Assembly: GCA_965215005.1 (NCBI GenBank)
Contig: CBDCCZ010000023.1
Span: 64,001 to 128,000 of the forward strand
Direction: 5' to 3'
DNA: 64,000 nt
Source of the DNA: Kofleriaceae bacterium
GTDB lineage: Bacteria; Myxococcota_A; Polyangia; Haliangiales; Haliangiaceae
Shown here: positions 29,230 to 40,499 of the stretch, one piece after another
Layout of the letters: every line of letters starts with the position of its first letter
Position numbering within the stretch: the first letter of the stretch is position 1
Notes under the pieces: generated by a model
What the model was told of the DNA's origin: nothing
The model's input: the letters and a program-made list of their open reading frames with translations, nothing else
Database searches by the model: none
Position numbers and translations under genes: made by a program

Positions 29230-29703
29230 TTAGGCGGCCTCGATCTTGCGAAACAGATCAACCATTTCAATGGCAGACATCGCCGCGTCAAATCCTTTAT
29301 TGCCTGCTTTGGTGCCGGCGCGCTCGATCGCCTGTTCGATGGTATCGGTGGTGATCACGCCAAAACTAACCGGAACCTGCGCCGTCGCGGCTACCGAAGA
29401 AACACCCTTGGCCGCTTCGCCGGCGACATACTCAAAGTGTGGCGTGGCGCCGCGGATGACCGCGCCAAGGCACACCACCGCATCCACCCCGCCACGATCG
29501 ACCACTCGCCGCAGCAGCTGCGGCAACTCGTACGCACCGGGACATCGATAGATCACCACGTCGGCATCGGCGCCACCGGTGCGCAAGAATGCATCCACGG
29601 CGCCATTGATCATCGGGTCGACGATGAAGCCATTGAACCGACTGGCGACGATAGCCAGCTTCAATCCAACACTCGAAAGCTGCCCTTCAATGATCGTTGG
29701 CAT
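29230..29703 (-). CDS. ribH: 6,7-dimethyl-8-ribityllumazine synthase
   Basis: IVASRFN, PGAYELP, LGAVIRGATPHFEYV, RAGTKAGNKG. Confidence 0.97.
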   Translation of the reverse strand: MPTIIEGQLSSVGLKLAIVASRFNGFIVDPMINGAVDAFLRTGGADADVVIYRCPGAYELPQLLRRVVDRGGVDAVVCLGAVIRGATPHFEYVAGEAAKGVSSVAATAQVPVSFGVITTDTIEQAIERAGTKAGNKGFDAAMSAIEMVDLFRKIEAA

Positions 29704-29705
29704 CG

Positions 29706-30887
29706 TCACTCTCCTGCCGAGCGGGTCGCCAGGCGCACCACTCGACCACCCTGAGCAGGTTCTTTGATCGCCACTCGCTCGACCACCTCGATGCCAAAGC
29801 CCTCGATACCGACGATGCGCCGCTCGCTGTTGGACATCAGCCGAATACGCTTGCAACCGAGATCCGCCAACACCTGCGCCCCTAGCCCAAAGTCGCGCAA
29901 GACCTCACTAGAAGGCGATGCCGCCGGCTCGGCGGGCTCGCGCTGAAGGACATGACGCTCAAACGAGCGCTCTAGGCTGGTGCGTGCCTTGTTGAAGACA
30001 TACAGGAAGACGCCCACCCCCGCCTCGTCGATCGCGGTCAAAGCGGCATCTAAATTCGGACGCACTGCGAACGGATCCGCCAGCGGATCGAGCGACTGCA
30101 CGCGCACCAACACCGCTTCGCCGCGGGCGCACGCCGACCGCACATCGCCGCGAACCAACGCCATGTACTCGGTATCCTCGACATCGGTTGCATAGAAGTA
30201 CGCACGCAGCGCCTCGCCGCTGCCAAGGATCCCCGGTCGCAGCTCACCTTCGGCCTTGGGCCGTACGATTCGCTCGCGCTGCAGCCGATAGGCAATCAGC
30301 TCGGCCACCGACACGATGCGCAGCGAATGCTCATTGGCAAACAGCTCCAGATCGGGCATGCGAGCCATCTCGCCGTCATCGCGCATGATCTCGCAGATAA
30401 CGCCCGCCGGCTTGAGACCTGCGAGCCGCGCCAAGTCTACCGAGCCTTCGGTCTGGCCGGTGCGCACCAGCACCCCGCCAGGACGCGCCTTGAGCGGAAA
30501 CACGTGCCCCGGCGACACCAGATCTTCGGGACGCGCGTCGTCGGCGATGGCCACCTGCACCGTGTGGGCGCGGTCGCGTGCGGAGATGCCAGTGGAGACG
30601 CCGTGCCGCGCTTCGACCGAGACCGTGAACGCGGTGCCAAGCGAGGCCTGGTTGTCGCGCACCATCATCGGCAGCTTGAGCTGATCGATCTGCGCTTCAT
30701 CGAGGCTGAGACAGATGAGCCCGCGGCCGTGCGTGGCCATGAAGTTGATCGCCTCGGGGGTGACCTTCTCGGCGGCCAACACCAGATCGCCTTCGTTTTC
30801 ACGGTCCTCGTCATCCACGAGGATGACCATCTTGCCCTGGCGAATGTCTTCGATGGCGCGTTCGACGCGGTGAATGGCACTGTTCAT
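29706..30887 (-). CDS. ribBA: DHBP synthase fused to a degenerate GTP cyclohydrolase II domain (RibBX-type)
   Basis: [36 protein letters not shown]-domain [10 protein letters not shown] but no CDC Zn motif. Confidence 0.92.
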   Translation of the reverse strand: MNSAIHRVERAIEDIRQGKMVILVDDEDRENEGDLVLAAEKVTPEAINFMATHGRGLICLSLDEAQIDQLKLPMMVRDNQASLGTAFTVSVEARHGVSTGISARDRAHTVQVAIADDARPEDLVSPGHVFPLKARPGGVLVRTGQTEGSVDLARLAGLKPAGVICEIMRDDGEMARMPDLELFANEHSLRIVSVAELIAYRLQRERIVRPKAEGELRPGILGSGEALRAYFYATDVEDTEYMALVRGDVRSACARGEAVLVRVQSLDPLADPFAVRPNLDAALTAIDEAGVGVFLYVFNKARTSLERSFERHVLQREPAEPAASPSSEVLRDFGLGAQVLADLGCKRIRLMSNSERRIVGIEGFGIEVVERVAIKEPAQGGRVVRLATRSAGE

Positions 30888-31486
30888 GAGCGGCTATATC
30901 CCCCGAGAAGCTTCTCGACGTACTTCCCGATGATGTCGACCTCGAGGTTCACGCGCTGGCCGAGCGTCTTGCGCGCTAGGGTCGTGCTGGTAACCGTGTG
31001 TGGAATGAGCGCGACCGAGAAGCAATAGTCGTCCACGTGGTTGATCGTCAAGCTGATCCCGTCAATACAGATCGAGCCTTTCTCGACCACGTAACGCAGC
31101 ACCTGGCTGCTGCACGTGAACGCGAGCTCGAGGTTGGCGCCGCGGTCACGGCGCTCGCGCAACTCTCCGAGGCCATCGACGTGGCCCGACACCAAGTGGC
31201 CACCGAGGCGCGCGCCCACCGCCAACGCTCGCTCGAGATTGAGCGCCGCATCGACGACGAGCTCCCCGAGCGTGGTTCGCCGCAGGGTTTCCGCGCCCGC
31301 CAACACGGTAAAAGTGCGCGCGTCAGTGGCAGTGACCGTGAGGCACGCGCCGTCGCACGCAACGGATTCACCGAGCGTTAGCTCGGCCACCGGCATCGCC
31401 GTCGGCTCGATCACGAGCTCGAGGGCATCCGCGTGGTGCGTCGCGCGCGCGATGCGCCCGACATCTTCGACCAGTCCTGTAAACAC
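30884..31486 (-). CDS. ribE: Riboflavin synthase alpha chain
   Basis: MFTGLVE, GACLT, NLERAL..RLGGHLVSGHVD, VNLEVD. Confidence 0.96.
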   Translation of the reverse strand: MFTGLVEDVGRIARATHHADALELVIEPTAMPVAELTLGESVACDGACLTVTATDARTFTVLAGAETLRRTTLGELVVDAALNLERALAVGARLGGHLVSGHVDGLGELRERRDRGANLELAFTCSSQVLRYVVEKGSICIDGISLTINHVDDYCFSVALIPHTVTSTTLARKTLGQRVNLEVDIIGKYVEKLLGGYSRS

Positions 31487-31734
31487 GGAACTTCGCTATC
31501 CTTTACAGTTCGGCGCGCACTGTAGCACGGCCCCTTCGCAGCGGCGCCAAGCAGCCACAGCGAGGCACTTGAGCCCGCTGCAAGCGCGCCCTGCTCCGCC
31601 ACCGTGCGAGCGCCGCAGCGCATACCGCGGCTGCACGCCAGGCCTCGAGAGTGACCTCGAAACCAGAATCGACTGGTACGGGCCTTGTATCCGCCCGTCG
31701 TCGCGAAGCGCTTCCCCGACTTGGAGACGAATCA

Positions 31735-33510
31735 ATGCATGCACTGCGCCCTTCCACCATTGCCCTTGGCGCCTTGACCGGCGATGGCGGCGTGACCTTT
31801 CGACTGTGGGCGCCCACCGCCGAGAGCGCTGCTCTACACCTAGAAGGTCACGCGCCCAAGCCCATGGAGCCAGCCAAGGGCGGCTACTTCGAGCTAACAA
31901 CCCGAGCCCAGCCCGGCACGCGCTATCGCTTGCAAGCTGGCGATGAGCCGCGTCCCGATCCAGCGTCGCGGTTTCAGCCCGATGGTGTTCACGGTGCTTC
32001 GCAAGTCGTCGATCCAACGGCGTACCGCTGGCGGACCGAAGACTGGCGCGGGCGGCAACAGCGCGAGCTGGTGTTCTACGAGCTTCACGTGGGCACCTTT
32101 ACCCCCGCCGGCACCTTCGCGGCTGCCGCCGAGCGACTGCCCTATCTTGCAGAGCTCGGCGTCACCGCCGTCGAGCTGATGCCCGTGGCTGACTTCGCCG
32201 GCCGCTGGAACTGGGGCTACGACCATGCCGCGCTCTACGCCCCCAGCCGCGCCTACGGCACGCCGGATGCGCTGCGCGCCTTCGTCGACCAAGCGCATCG
32301 CCTCGGCCTCGCGGTGTTCCTCGACGTCATTTACAACCACTTTGGGCCCGACGGCGCCTACGCCGCTGCGTTCGCCCCGTTTCATACCGATAAACACACC
32401 ACCCCATGGGGCAGCGCCATGAATCTCGATGACGAGCATGCCGCGGGGGTGCGCAACTTCTTCATCGACAACGCCCTTCACTGGCTACGGGAGTATCGGG
32501 TGGATGGCTTGCGGCTCGATGCGGTGCACGCGCTGGTCGACGACAGCCCAACGCACTTTCTCGCCGAGCTCAGTGATGCCGTTGCGGCCCTGCCTGGCCC
32601 CCCGCGTTATCTCATTGGCGAAGACGAGCGCAACCTGCGCACGCTGATCGAGCCAACCTCGCGCGGCGGCATGGGTCTGCACGGGGTATGGGCCGATGAC
32701 TTTCATCATCAGGTGCGTCACGTGGTTGCTGGCGACCGCCAAGGCTACTATCGCGATTTCGAAGGGACCACGACCAGCGAGCTGGCAACCACGTTGCGGC
32801 AAGGCTGGTTTTTCAGCGGCCAAACCAGCCGCAATCGCGGCGAAGCGCGTGGCACCGACCCCAGCGGCCTAGCGCCCGAGCAGTTCGTGGTGTGCATCCA
32901 AAACCACGACCAAGTTGGCAATCGTCCCACTGGCAGTCGGCTCCACCACGAGGTCGAGCTGTCGCTATACCGCGCAGCATCAGCGCTGCTGTTGTTCGCA
33001 CCGCAAATGCCACTCTTGTTCATGGGTCAAGAGTGGGCGACGACCGCGCCGTTTCTCTTCTTCACCGATCACAATCCCGAGCTCGGCGCATTGGTGACCG
33101 AAGGCCGCCGGCGCGAGTTCGAAGACTTCGAGGGCTTTGGCGGCGACGTTCCCGATCCGCAGGCGCCCGAAACCTTCGAGCGCAGTCGACTGCCCTGGCA
33201 GGAGCAAGAATTCGCTCCGCACGCCGGAATTCTAGCGCTTTATCGCGACCTCCTGGCGCTGCGAGCCAAGCTTACGGGCTCTCTCGAGACCCGTGCCGTC
33301 GGCGACCGCGGTCTCATCGTACGCCGCGGCGCTCATTCTCTCTACCTGGCCCTCGGCCCGGATGTCACGCTGCCGATGCGAACCCGCGATACCTTGCTGC
33401 TGCACACTGAAGAGCTGCGTTACGCCGCCCCCAGCGAGCCCCCCGTATTCGACGCCGGCGACGTCCACTTCAAGGTCGCCGGCGCCGCCATTACGCACCA
33501 GGCCGACTAA
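31735..33510 (+). CDS. treZ: Malto-oligosyltrehalose trehalohydrolase (GH13)
   Basis: PDPASRFQPDGVHG, YELHVGTFT, DVIYNHFGP, GLRLDAVH, QNHDQVGNR, LFMGQEW. Confidence 0.95.
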   Translation: MHALRPSTIALGALTGDGGVTFRLWAPTAESAALHLEGHAPKPMEPAKGGYFELTTRAQPGTRYRLQAGDEPRPDPASRFQPDGVHGASQVVDPTAYRWRTEDWRGRQQRELVFYELHVGTFTPAGTFAAAAERLPYLAELGVTAVELMPVADFAGRWNWGYDHAALYAPSRAYGTPDALRAFVDQAHRLGLAVFLDVIYNHFGPDGAYAAAFAPFHTDKHTTPWGSAMNLDDEHAAGVRNFFIDNALHWLREYRVDGLRLDAVHALVDDSPTHFLAELSDAVAALPGPPRYLIGEDERNLRTLIEPTSRGGMGLHGVWADDFHHQVRHVVAGDRQGYYRDFEGTTTSELATTLRQGWFFSGQTSRNRGEARGTDPSGLAPEQFVVCIQNHDQVGNRPTGSRLHHEVELSLYRAASALLLFAPQMPLLFMGQEWATTAPFLFFTDHNPELGALVTEGRRREFEDFEGFGGDVPDPQAPETFERSRLPWQEQEFAPHAGILALYRDLLALRAKLTGSLETRAVGDRGLIVRRGAHSLYLALGPDVTLPMRTRDTLLLHTEELRYAAPSEPPVFDAGDVHFKVAGAAITHQAD

Positions 33511-33777
33511 GCCCGTAAGATGCGAGGCGCCGAACAACCCGAACAACAATGCAATGAACGGTTGCTGGACGCACGTGAGAGGCAGCTTACGAGGGTTACG
33601 ATCATCGCCCGGCGGCTCTCGAGGCCCTCCGCTACTATTGCTTGACCGCGGCCGCCGCGACTGCGATCTAACGTGCTGCGTGTGGGCGTTCGGGCGAGCA
33701 TTTCAGCGAAGCGGCAGAATGGTATGGGCTGAGCTGCCTCGCCGCGCGCTCGTGCGAACACAACAGAGGAGCGCCTC

Positions 33778-35391
33778 GTGATTGGCCGTCGCATCTTCGG
33801 CAACTACACCATCACCGCGCTGCTCGGAGAAGGCGGCATGGGCGCCGTCTACCGCGCTTCCCACGATTCGCTCGGTCTCCACGTCGCGGTCAAGGTGCTG
33901 CTTCCCGCGCTCGTTGCCCACGAGAGCATCGTTGCCCGCTTCATGGCCGAAGCACGCGCGGCGAGCTCCATCAAGCATCCAAACATCGTGAAGGTCCTCG
34001 ACATGGGAACCTTCGCCGACAGCGGTCAGCACTACATCGTTCTCGAGTTCTTAGAAGGATACCCGCTCGATCGAGCCGAGCTTCCCCTGCCGCTGGACGC
34101 GATCCTTTCAGATCCTGGTGCAGGTGTGCGCCGCCCTCGAAGCGGCCCACGCACAAGGCATCGTTCATCGCGACCTCAAGCCAGCCAACTTGTACGTAAC
34201 TCCCCTGCCAGGCTCGCCCTACTTCACCAAGATCCTCGACTTCGGCATCGCGAAGCTGATGGGAACAGCGGCCAATCCAGCGGTCCATACCAACACGCAC
34301 CTCGTGATGGGAACAGTGGGATTATATGTCGCCGGAGCAGGCGCGGGGTGCCGCCCACGTCACGTCCTTAACCGACGTTTACGCGCTCGGCGTCATCCTC
34401 TATCAGCTCGCAACAGCGCGATTGCCCGTTCACTGCAGCCAATCCCGGCGATCTGATCGCCGTCCAAATGACCTCACGTCCCATCGACCCAACCTTGCTG
34501 CGCACCGACCTTCCCGCCGCGTGGGCCGACGTCATCCAGGCCGCGCTGGCATTCGATCCCACCATGCGTCCGCGATCGGTGCGCGACTTCGCTGAGCTGC
34601 TCATCGAGGGATTGCCAGGGGGCGCCGAGCTCGCTCGGGCGGTGAGCTTTCAGCCGGTGGGTGGTGCCACGCTTCCCGTGGCTCCCTCCGACAACGCGCC
34701 GCCTAGCGCTGCTGTCAAAACCACGCTGTCCACGACCAGCGGCGAAACCTCCAAGCAAGCCAAAGCGACTCAGCGGCGTTGGATCCTGATTGCCGTGCCA
34801 TCTATGTTTCTGCTCATCGGCGCGGCCGTCGCAGGCCGCCTTGTCGCCCCGCCGCAGAGCTCACGCGCCGCCACCGCCGAGGCAACGTTACCAACGCCGT
34901 CCACCGCCAAAACGACGCCAGCGCTATCTTCCACCGCCTCGCCCAATGCCAGGGATGCCCGGCTCGGCAACCGCGGTTCGGTCTCTCGCGCGGTGCCGAC
35001 TCTCGATGCAGGCGTGGCCGATGCTGCGCGGCTGGCGACGATGCGGCTAGAAACCGTTCCACCCGGCGCCCAACTCTTCGTCAACGGCAAGGCGCTAGGC
35101 GCGGCGCCGCAACGCCTCGAGCGCCCACTTGGGCAGAGGGTGATGCTGCGGGTAGAAGCGCCCGCCCATGAGCCGCACGCCGAGGAGCTCGAGGTGACCG
35201 CGGGCAGTAAACGAATCGTACTCAAGCCTGCAGTTACTACACCCAAGAAGCGTCAGCGACGTGCCCAGCCGTCGCGCAAACCGGCAGAGAGTGGCAAAGG
35301 TCGTACGCAACGGCCCGCAGACTCAAAATCTCCTTGGCAAGTACCACAAGACGATGATGTATTCCGCGTTCCCAAGGGAGAACGCTACTGA
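33778..35391 (+). pseudogene. Hanks-type Ser/Thr kinase with TM and PEGA domain; three +1 frameshifts (possibly sequencing errors)
   Basis: [44 protein letters not shown] lie in successive frames; LETVPPGAQLFVNG (PEGA). Confidence 0.85.
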
Positions 35392-36247
35392 TGCGCACCA
35401 CCATTCTGATCGCTTTGCTGCTCGCGGGCTTGCCAAGCGCGGCCCGTGCAGACGAGCCGGAGGCAAAGACCCGAACCGTTCTCGTCTCTGGAGAGGCCGG
35501 ACAGTTCACTCTGGTGACGAGCCCGCGCTTCGTCTCGACAATCTACCTGCCGAGCGATGTCAAGCGGGTACTCGCATCCGACCAAGACGCGTTTACTGTG
35601 CGCTCGCTCGGCGATGCGGGTAGCGGGTGCGCCCAAATCGCGGCGATGACAAATTGACCGCCAATCTCGTGATCGAGACAGCCGAGCTGAAGCTCACGAT
35701 CATCTTGAAGGTCACAAATGATCCGGCCAAAGCCGTAGCACAGGTCGTCGTCAAAAAGGAAGACGCGGAGCGCGAGTTTCAGCGCCGCATCTCCATTGAA
35801 GTGGATAAGCAGCTCGCGATTCACGAGCGCGAGCTCAAAGCTCAGTTCGAGGTCGAGCTGGCTGAGCGGGTGGCGCAGCACACCGCGATGCACGAGCACC
35901 GCAACGCCGAGCGCAACAGCGATCACATCATCGTGCGCGTCACGCAGCTCGTGCGCATCGGCGATCGCGGCTACTTGTTCTTCACCATTCAAAATCGGTC
36001 GCGCCAGAGCTATCGACTTGCCAGTGTCAAAGTGATCGGTGCCGGAGGAGACATGGCAGGCACCGTGGTGTTTGCCGGCAAAGCGGCCTCTGGCGAGGTC
36101 CTCGGCGAGGTGCAAGCGGGCGGTACCGCCGCGGTGATGGTCGCGGTTCCTGCGCTCTTGCAACTTTCTAAAGACGCCGTGGACCTGCAAATCAGCGAGC
36201 CACGCGGTGCACGCGCGGTGCGCGTGGCGAACGTGGATCTGCCGTGA
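35391..36247 (+). pseudogene. DUF2381 / VirB9-TrbG-like secreted protein, frameshifted at ~35620
   Basis: Signal peptide; LVTSPRFVSTIYLP...[shift] VRP...TANLVIET..L.I.L; coiled coil; YLFFTIQNRS. Confidence 0.6.
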
Positions 36248-36888
36248 GTCGCCTGCTTTGCCTCGGAGCCAGCATCGCCACCCTGTTTGGCCATGCGGCC
36301 ACCGCCCGCGCAGACGCCGATGAGGCCTCGCTCCATCTCCAAATGCTCGCAGGGGTCGCCAAGGTCGCCGATCCGGTCGACTCGTCGAACGCGCAATCCG
36401 CAACCGTCGCCGGCGGCTCCGTGCGCGCAACGATTGCCCTGCGCGACTGGCTCGCGTGGGAGGTCGAGGGCTACGCGCTCGGAGCGAGCTCCATGGCGCA
36501 TCGCGCGGTGGTCATCGAAGAGACGGCTCGTGACGTCGAGCGCGGTGTCTCCACGTTTGGTCTCGAGGTTGGCGCCACCGGACGCTTTGGCGTTCAGATT
36601 GTGCCAACCATTTCCCTTGCTCTGGGGCCGCAGCTTCGCTACTTCGGTACCACGCCGGCAACGGAGCCAAATACGAATCTCGCCACGGGTGTCGTCGACA
36701 AAGCCGCCGATCTCGATGTGGCCGCTCGCGCGTCGCTGGGCCTCGATCTACGCCTCCACCCGCGGTGGATGGTGGGGCTTCGAACCTCGGCGCGGCAAGC
36801 GCTCGGGCTCAGCGGCAGTCGCTGGCAATCTCTGGAGGGAGCGGTATGGGTTGGCTACTACTGGTATCCCGGCATTTGGTCGTTCTGA
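36244..36888 (+). CDS. Outer-membrane beta-barrel protein
   Basis: Signal peptide (ATARA), alternating beta-strand pattern, aromatic C-terminus VGYYWYP. Confidence 0.65.
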   Translation: MSRLLCLGASIATLFGHAATARADADEASLHLQMLAGVAKVADPVDSSNAQSATVAGGSVRATIALRDWLAWEVEGYALGASSMAHRAVVIEETARDVERGVSTFGLEVGATGRFGVQIVPTISLALGPQLRYFGTTPATEPNTNLATGVVDKAADLDVAARASLGLDLRLHPRWMVGLRTSARQALGLSGSRWQSLEGAVWVGYYWYPGIWSF

Positions 36889-36904
36889 ATAAAGGTAGGA
36901 ATTC

Positions 36905-39562
36905 ATGATGATGAGATGGCTTGGAGTCCTGATCGTGGCTGCCGTCGCCGGCGCGTGCGGCGACGACGCAGAGAAGTACCAGTTTGCTGATGGGTTGGTG
37001 GAAGGAACCGCGCTGCTGTCTACGCCGATCGCCGGCGCCAACGGCAAAGCGATTCTCATGGAGAACGACGGCGGGCAGCTGGTCGAGAAGGAGATCGTCG
37101 ACTTCAAGACCGACGAGCAAGGCCACTTCTCGTTTCGCACGGGCGTCGACTTCGGCATGCTCCTGGTGGAGATACGCGGCGGAACGACGCAAGATCTCGG
37201 CTCGGAGGAGGTCATCGAGCTCGACGAGTCTACGCGGCTCGCGGCGGTATTCTACATGATGGCCGGCGAAGAGCTCGACATCACGATCAATCCGGTGACC
37301 ACCATGGCCAAAGCGCTGGGAGATGCGCGTCTGGCGCGGCAAGACAAGGAACAAAGCTATCGCGAGGCGCACGAACGGGCGCTCGAGCTGATCGGTGAGC
37401 ACTTTGGGCAGCTTTCGGAGCCGGTGGTGAGCGTTCATCCGGCCGACGTCACCGATGCGGCGGGCGCCGCGAGTGTCGATGCGGTGCGCTATGGCGTGGT
37501 GCTTGCCTCGCTGGCGCGTCTGGCCCAGGACGTGGCCAACGAGTCGGGTCTGCCCGCAAGCGAGCTCAACACCGCCAGTTTGCTGCAAGCGCTGGTGGAC
37601 GACCTCAGCAGCTCCGATGCGCTGTTCAACGGCGTGGGCGTCAATGGGCCCGTGCTGCTCGGCGCGTGCCCCATGTCATCGGAGGCCGACTGCCCCAGCT
37701 GTTCCACCATCTGCAACGTCGGCGCGCGAACCGTGCGCAATGATCTAGCCAATGCCATCGGCGGCTTCATCGATTCGCAGCTCAATGCCACTGGCTTAGG
37801 GGCCGACGATCTGGCCACCATGAAAGCGCGCATCGCCAAGAACACCGAGCCGGAGCTGTTTGGCGACGAGGCCGACGTAGAGCTTGACCCGCCGGCCGTC
37901 ACCATCGACAGTGACCACTTCGTGGTCGACGCGGGCGTTTGGTGGTCGCGGGATGCGGCCTTGATTCTCTCGGGAAGCGTCGTTTCCGCCTCCAGTGGCG
38001 CGATTCGCGTGCTCGTAGACGTCAATGATCAAGCCGGCCTGCCCGCGGAGATTGTTGGTGACCGTTGGCAGCTCGCGGTGCCGCAAGAGCTGTTGCGCGA
38101 GGCTCCGGCCAGCAATGCCATCCGCGTCACCGCCGTCGACAGCCTTGACAATCGCGCCACTCTCTCGCGGGCGATCAACATCGATCGCGTTCCGATTTCG
38201 CTCGAGTTCAGTCCCACCGCAGTCCGCGACGAAGCAGGCGACGTTATCGACTTCAGCACCCCGCGCCCAACCCATAATCACCTGGGTTCCACGCTCAACA
38301 TCGGCGGCCCCGGCTGTCCCAAGGTCAACAAGCACGTGACGCTGATGGACGGCAACGACAATCCGCTCGTGCTCAACTTCACCGCCCGAGACGTGGGCAT
38401 CGGCGTCGCACCAGACTCCATCCAGTACCGTCTGCGCCGTCAGGGCGGCGACTGGCTTGGCGAGTGGGCACCCCTCACCGCCGCCGAAGAGCGCCCCGAT
38501 GCGTTGGCCTATTCGCTTCCGCTGCAAACCCGCACCTTCCCAGCGCTCGGCACCACTAGCGGCAGCTACGAGCTCGTGATTCGCGGCCAAGACCGCCTCG
38601 GCCAAGCCTCCGAAGCCGCCGCCTGCTGGCAGCTCGAGCTCCTGCCCGCGCCCCTCCAGGTCACCAGCATCACCTCCGGCGTCTCGCTCGGCGATCCGGC
38701 TCGGGTACAAAGCAACAAGTTGGCCAGCTTGGGCCTGCCGCAAAACAACATGGCCGCCATCTTGAATGGCTTGAGCCCCGAAGATGGCGTGGGCGTCATG
38801 CTCTTCGACGTCGTCAATTATCACGACACGCCCACCTACTTCGACGTGAGCTGGACGCAGCCCGATGTTAGCGGCAGCAAAGAGTGGCAGAGAGCGGCGC
38901 TCGCACAGCGAAGTCAACCAGGCATCCGGTACTGTGGAACAAGCCCCTGCAGTGAATTGCCGCGGACGGAGCAGCGAGAGGAAGCCATCAACATTCCCCA
39001 ACTCATCAACGGTGTTCGCGTCTTTGACATCAGCGAAGGCTCCAACGCAGTCGAGCAGCTCCCCTGCGCCGGTTGTCCGCCCAGGCGCTTCCGCATCGAA
39101 GCCAAACCCAACAGCACCACCTCGCGCCGCTACCGAGTTCTGCTGGTGGCAAGCGACCTCCGGCCGCTCTCGCCAGCCGGAATCCGTGACAACGAAGACT
39201 ATCGAATCAACCGCCTCGGCGTGAACTACCTGCTTACTGGAACGCGTACAAATGGAAATGCATGTACCCGGCAGAACGACGACCCCTATCCCCGGGGATG
39301 CTGCGTACGCGGTCAGCGCTGCAACACGCCGCCTAACGAGCCGCCTAACTGGTGCGATACCGCGGGCTACAGATGCTTCGAGAGTGCTGATTACATCTAC
39401 TACACCGCTCTCACGCGTGCGAGATTTACCGTAGGCGACACACAAGCAAACGTAGCAGGCAGTGTCGGCAACCAAAGCGAGAGCTATGCGCTACCTTCCC
39501 TGCCGCAACCACAGATGCGCGTTTTCAATTGGACTACGACAGAAAGCCCACTCCCCAACTAG
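36905..39562 (+). CDS. Large lipoprotein with Ig-like domains and Cys-rich C-terminal region
   Basis: VAGAC lipobox; AGGA RBS; D..PP.V.I and IRVTAVDSLDN Ig-like motifs; multiple Cys pairs. Confidence 0.75.
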   Translation: MMMRWLGVLIVAAVAGACGDDAEKYQFADGLVEGTALLSTPIAGANGKAILMENDGGQLVEKEIVDFKTDEQGHFSFRTGVDFGMLLVEIRGGTTQDLGSEEVIELDESTRLAAVFYMMAGEELDITINPVTTMAKALGDARLARQDKEQSYREAHERALELIGEHFGQLSEPVVSVHPADVTDAAGAASVDAVRYGVVLASLARLAQDVANESGLPASELNTASLLQALVDDLSSSDALFNGVGVNGPVLLGACPMSSEADCPSCSTICNVGARTVRNDLANAIGGFIDSQLNATGLGADDLATMKARIAKNTEPELFGDEADVELDPPAVTIDSDHFVVDAGVWWSRDAALILSGSVVSASSGAIRVLVDVNDQAGLPAEIVGDRWQLAVPQELLREAPASNAIRVTAVDSLDNRATLSRAINIDRVPISLEFSPTAVRDEAGDVIDFSTPRPTHNHLGSTLNIGGPGCPKVNKHVTLMDGNDNPLVLNFTARDVGIGVAPDSIQYRLRRQGGDWLGEWAPLTAAEERPDALAYSLPLQTRTFPALGTTSGSYELVIRGQDRLGQASEAAACWQLELLPAPLQVTSITSGVSLGDPARVQSNKLASLGLPQNNMAAILNGLSPEDGVGVMLFDVVNYHDTPTYFDVSWTQPDVSGSKEWQRAALAQRSQPGIRYCGTSPCSELPRTEQREEAINIPQLINGVRVFDISEGSNAVEQLPCAGCPPRRFRIEAKPNSTTSRRYRVLLVASDLRPLSPAGIRDNEDYRINRLGVNYLLTGTRTNGNACTRQNDDPYPRGCCVRGQRCNTPPNEPPNWCDTAGYRCFESADYIYYTALTRARFTVGDTQANVAGSVGNQSESYALPSLPQPQMRVFNWTTTESPLPN

Positions 39563-39589
39563 TATGCTTATTCTAGGAAAATCATAGAG

Positions 39590-40015
39590 ATGAAAATGAA
39601 CAACGTAACTCGTGGTTGCTTTCTTGCGGCTTGTATTTTAGCAGCGCTGCTCGTCTCTTGCGATGAAGACAATCGAGCTACTGTCGACGCCAGTACCGGA
39701 TGCGACTGCGAACCTGCCGAACCTGCCGAACCTGCCGAACCACCGTTGGCTGGTCGCATCGTTTCCTTGCGAGATAGCAGGGAAATCCCCGCGGATCGAT
39801 ATGGTGACAACCTAATAGCCTGCGATCCGGGCGGGATCTTGCTCGGCGGCTCGTGCGACGTGGAGTCATTGGGAAGGGTCTTATTAGTAAAGGCAACCGA
39901 GGCCAGCGAGGGATCTACAACCTGGATCTGCGGCTGGTTCAACGACACCGCCGAGCCGGTAGTGGTCACAGCCGTCGCCAAGTGTCTGATGGAAGAAGCG
40001 CCCGAATCCCCTTAA
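39590..40015 (+). CDS. Small Cys-rich lipoprotein
   Basis: LLVSC lipobox; EPAEPAEPAEP 9-bp repeats; ACDPGGILLGGSC...WIC...AKC. Confidence 0.65.
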   Translation: MKMNNVTRGCFLAACILAALLVSCDEDNRATVDASTGCDCEPAEPAEPAEPPLAGRIVSLRDSREIPADRYGDNLIACDPGGILLGGSCDVESLGRVLLVKATEASEGSTTWICGWFNDTAEPVVVTAVAKCLMEEAPESP

Positions 40016-40035
40016 CGTTCACTACCCGCCGGCCC

Positions 40036-40064
40036 GGTGCCTCGCTTGCTCGCAGCGAGGCACC
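40036..40064 (+). terminator. GC-rich hairpin after the lipoprotein operon
   Basis: GGTGCCTCGCT-tgctcgc-AGCGAGGCACC 11-bp stem, 20 bp after the stop; no U-tract. Confidence 0.45.
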
Positions 40065-40499
40065 CAGGGCTGCGATCGCGATGCGGAATAGCACGCCCCA
40101 CCGCGCCTTCCGTTGTATCGCGGTTGCTCTGATACATCAATTCCGTGACGTGCAGAGCAGTCGTTCGCCGCAGGTCGTCTGCATCGCAACTGTTGTCACT
40201 AGCCGTGCTCGCCACGCCATCGATTGGCCAGTGACGCTGGTAATCTCTCCCCTCGCCTCCAATGAGCGGCTCCTGCCCTCAAACTAGCCCGCCAAGAGCA
40301 ATTAAAGACGCATCACGCGGTAGATTCACGAGGCGCATCTCGTACTAGACATCGTAATGTTCGGCAGGCGAGAGAGGCGCGCGCGTCTTCACCCGAGACG
40401 CGCGAAGAGGACGAGGCCGATGAAGCGAGCCAGAGCTAACGGGTTCTATACGATGAGCGAACCGTTCGCCGTGCCACGAGGCGGCGCAGGAGGGGGAGC

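Noticed and set aside
31487..31734. FMN riboswitch upstream of ribE
   Set aside because: I could not find the conserved RFN sequence blocks on the minus strand
37796..39475. 559-aa antisense ORF, and similar long antisense ORFs elsewhere (e.g. 53119-54507)
   Set aside because: Typical high-GC shadow ORFs opposite well-supported genes
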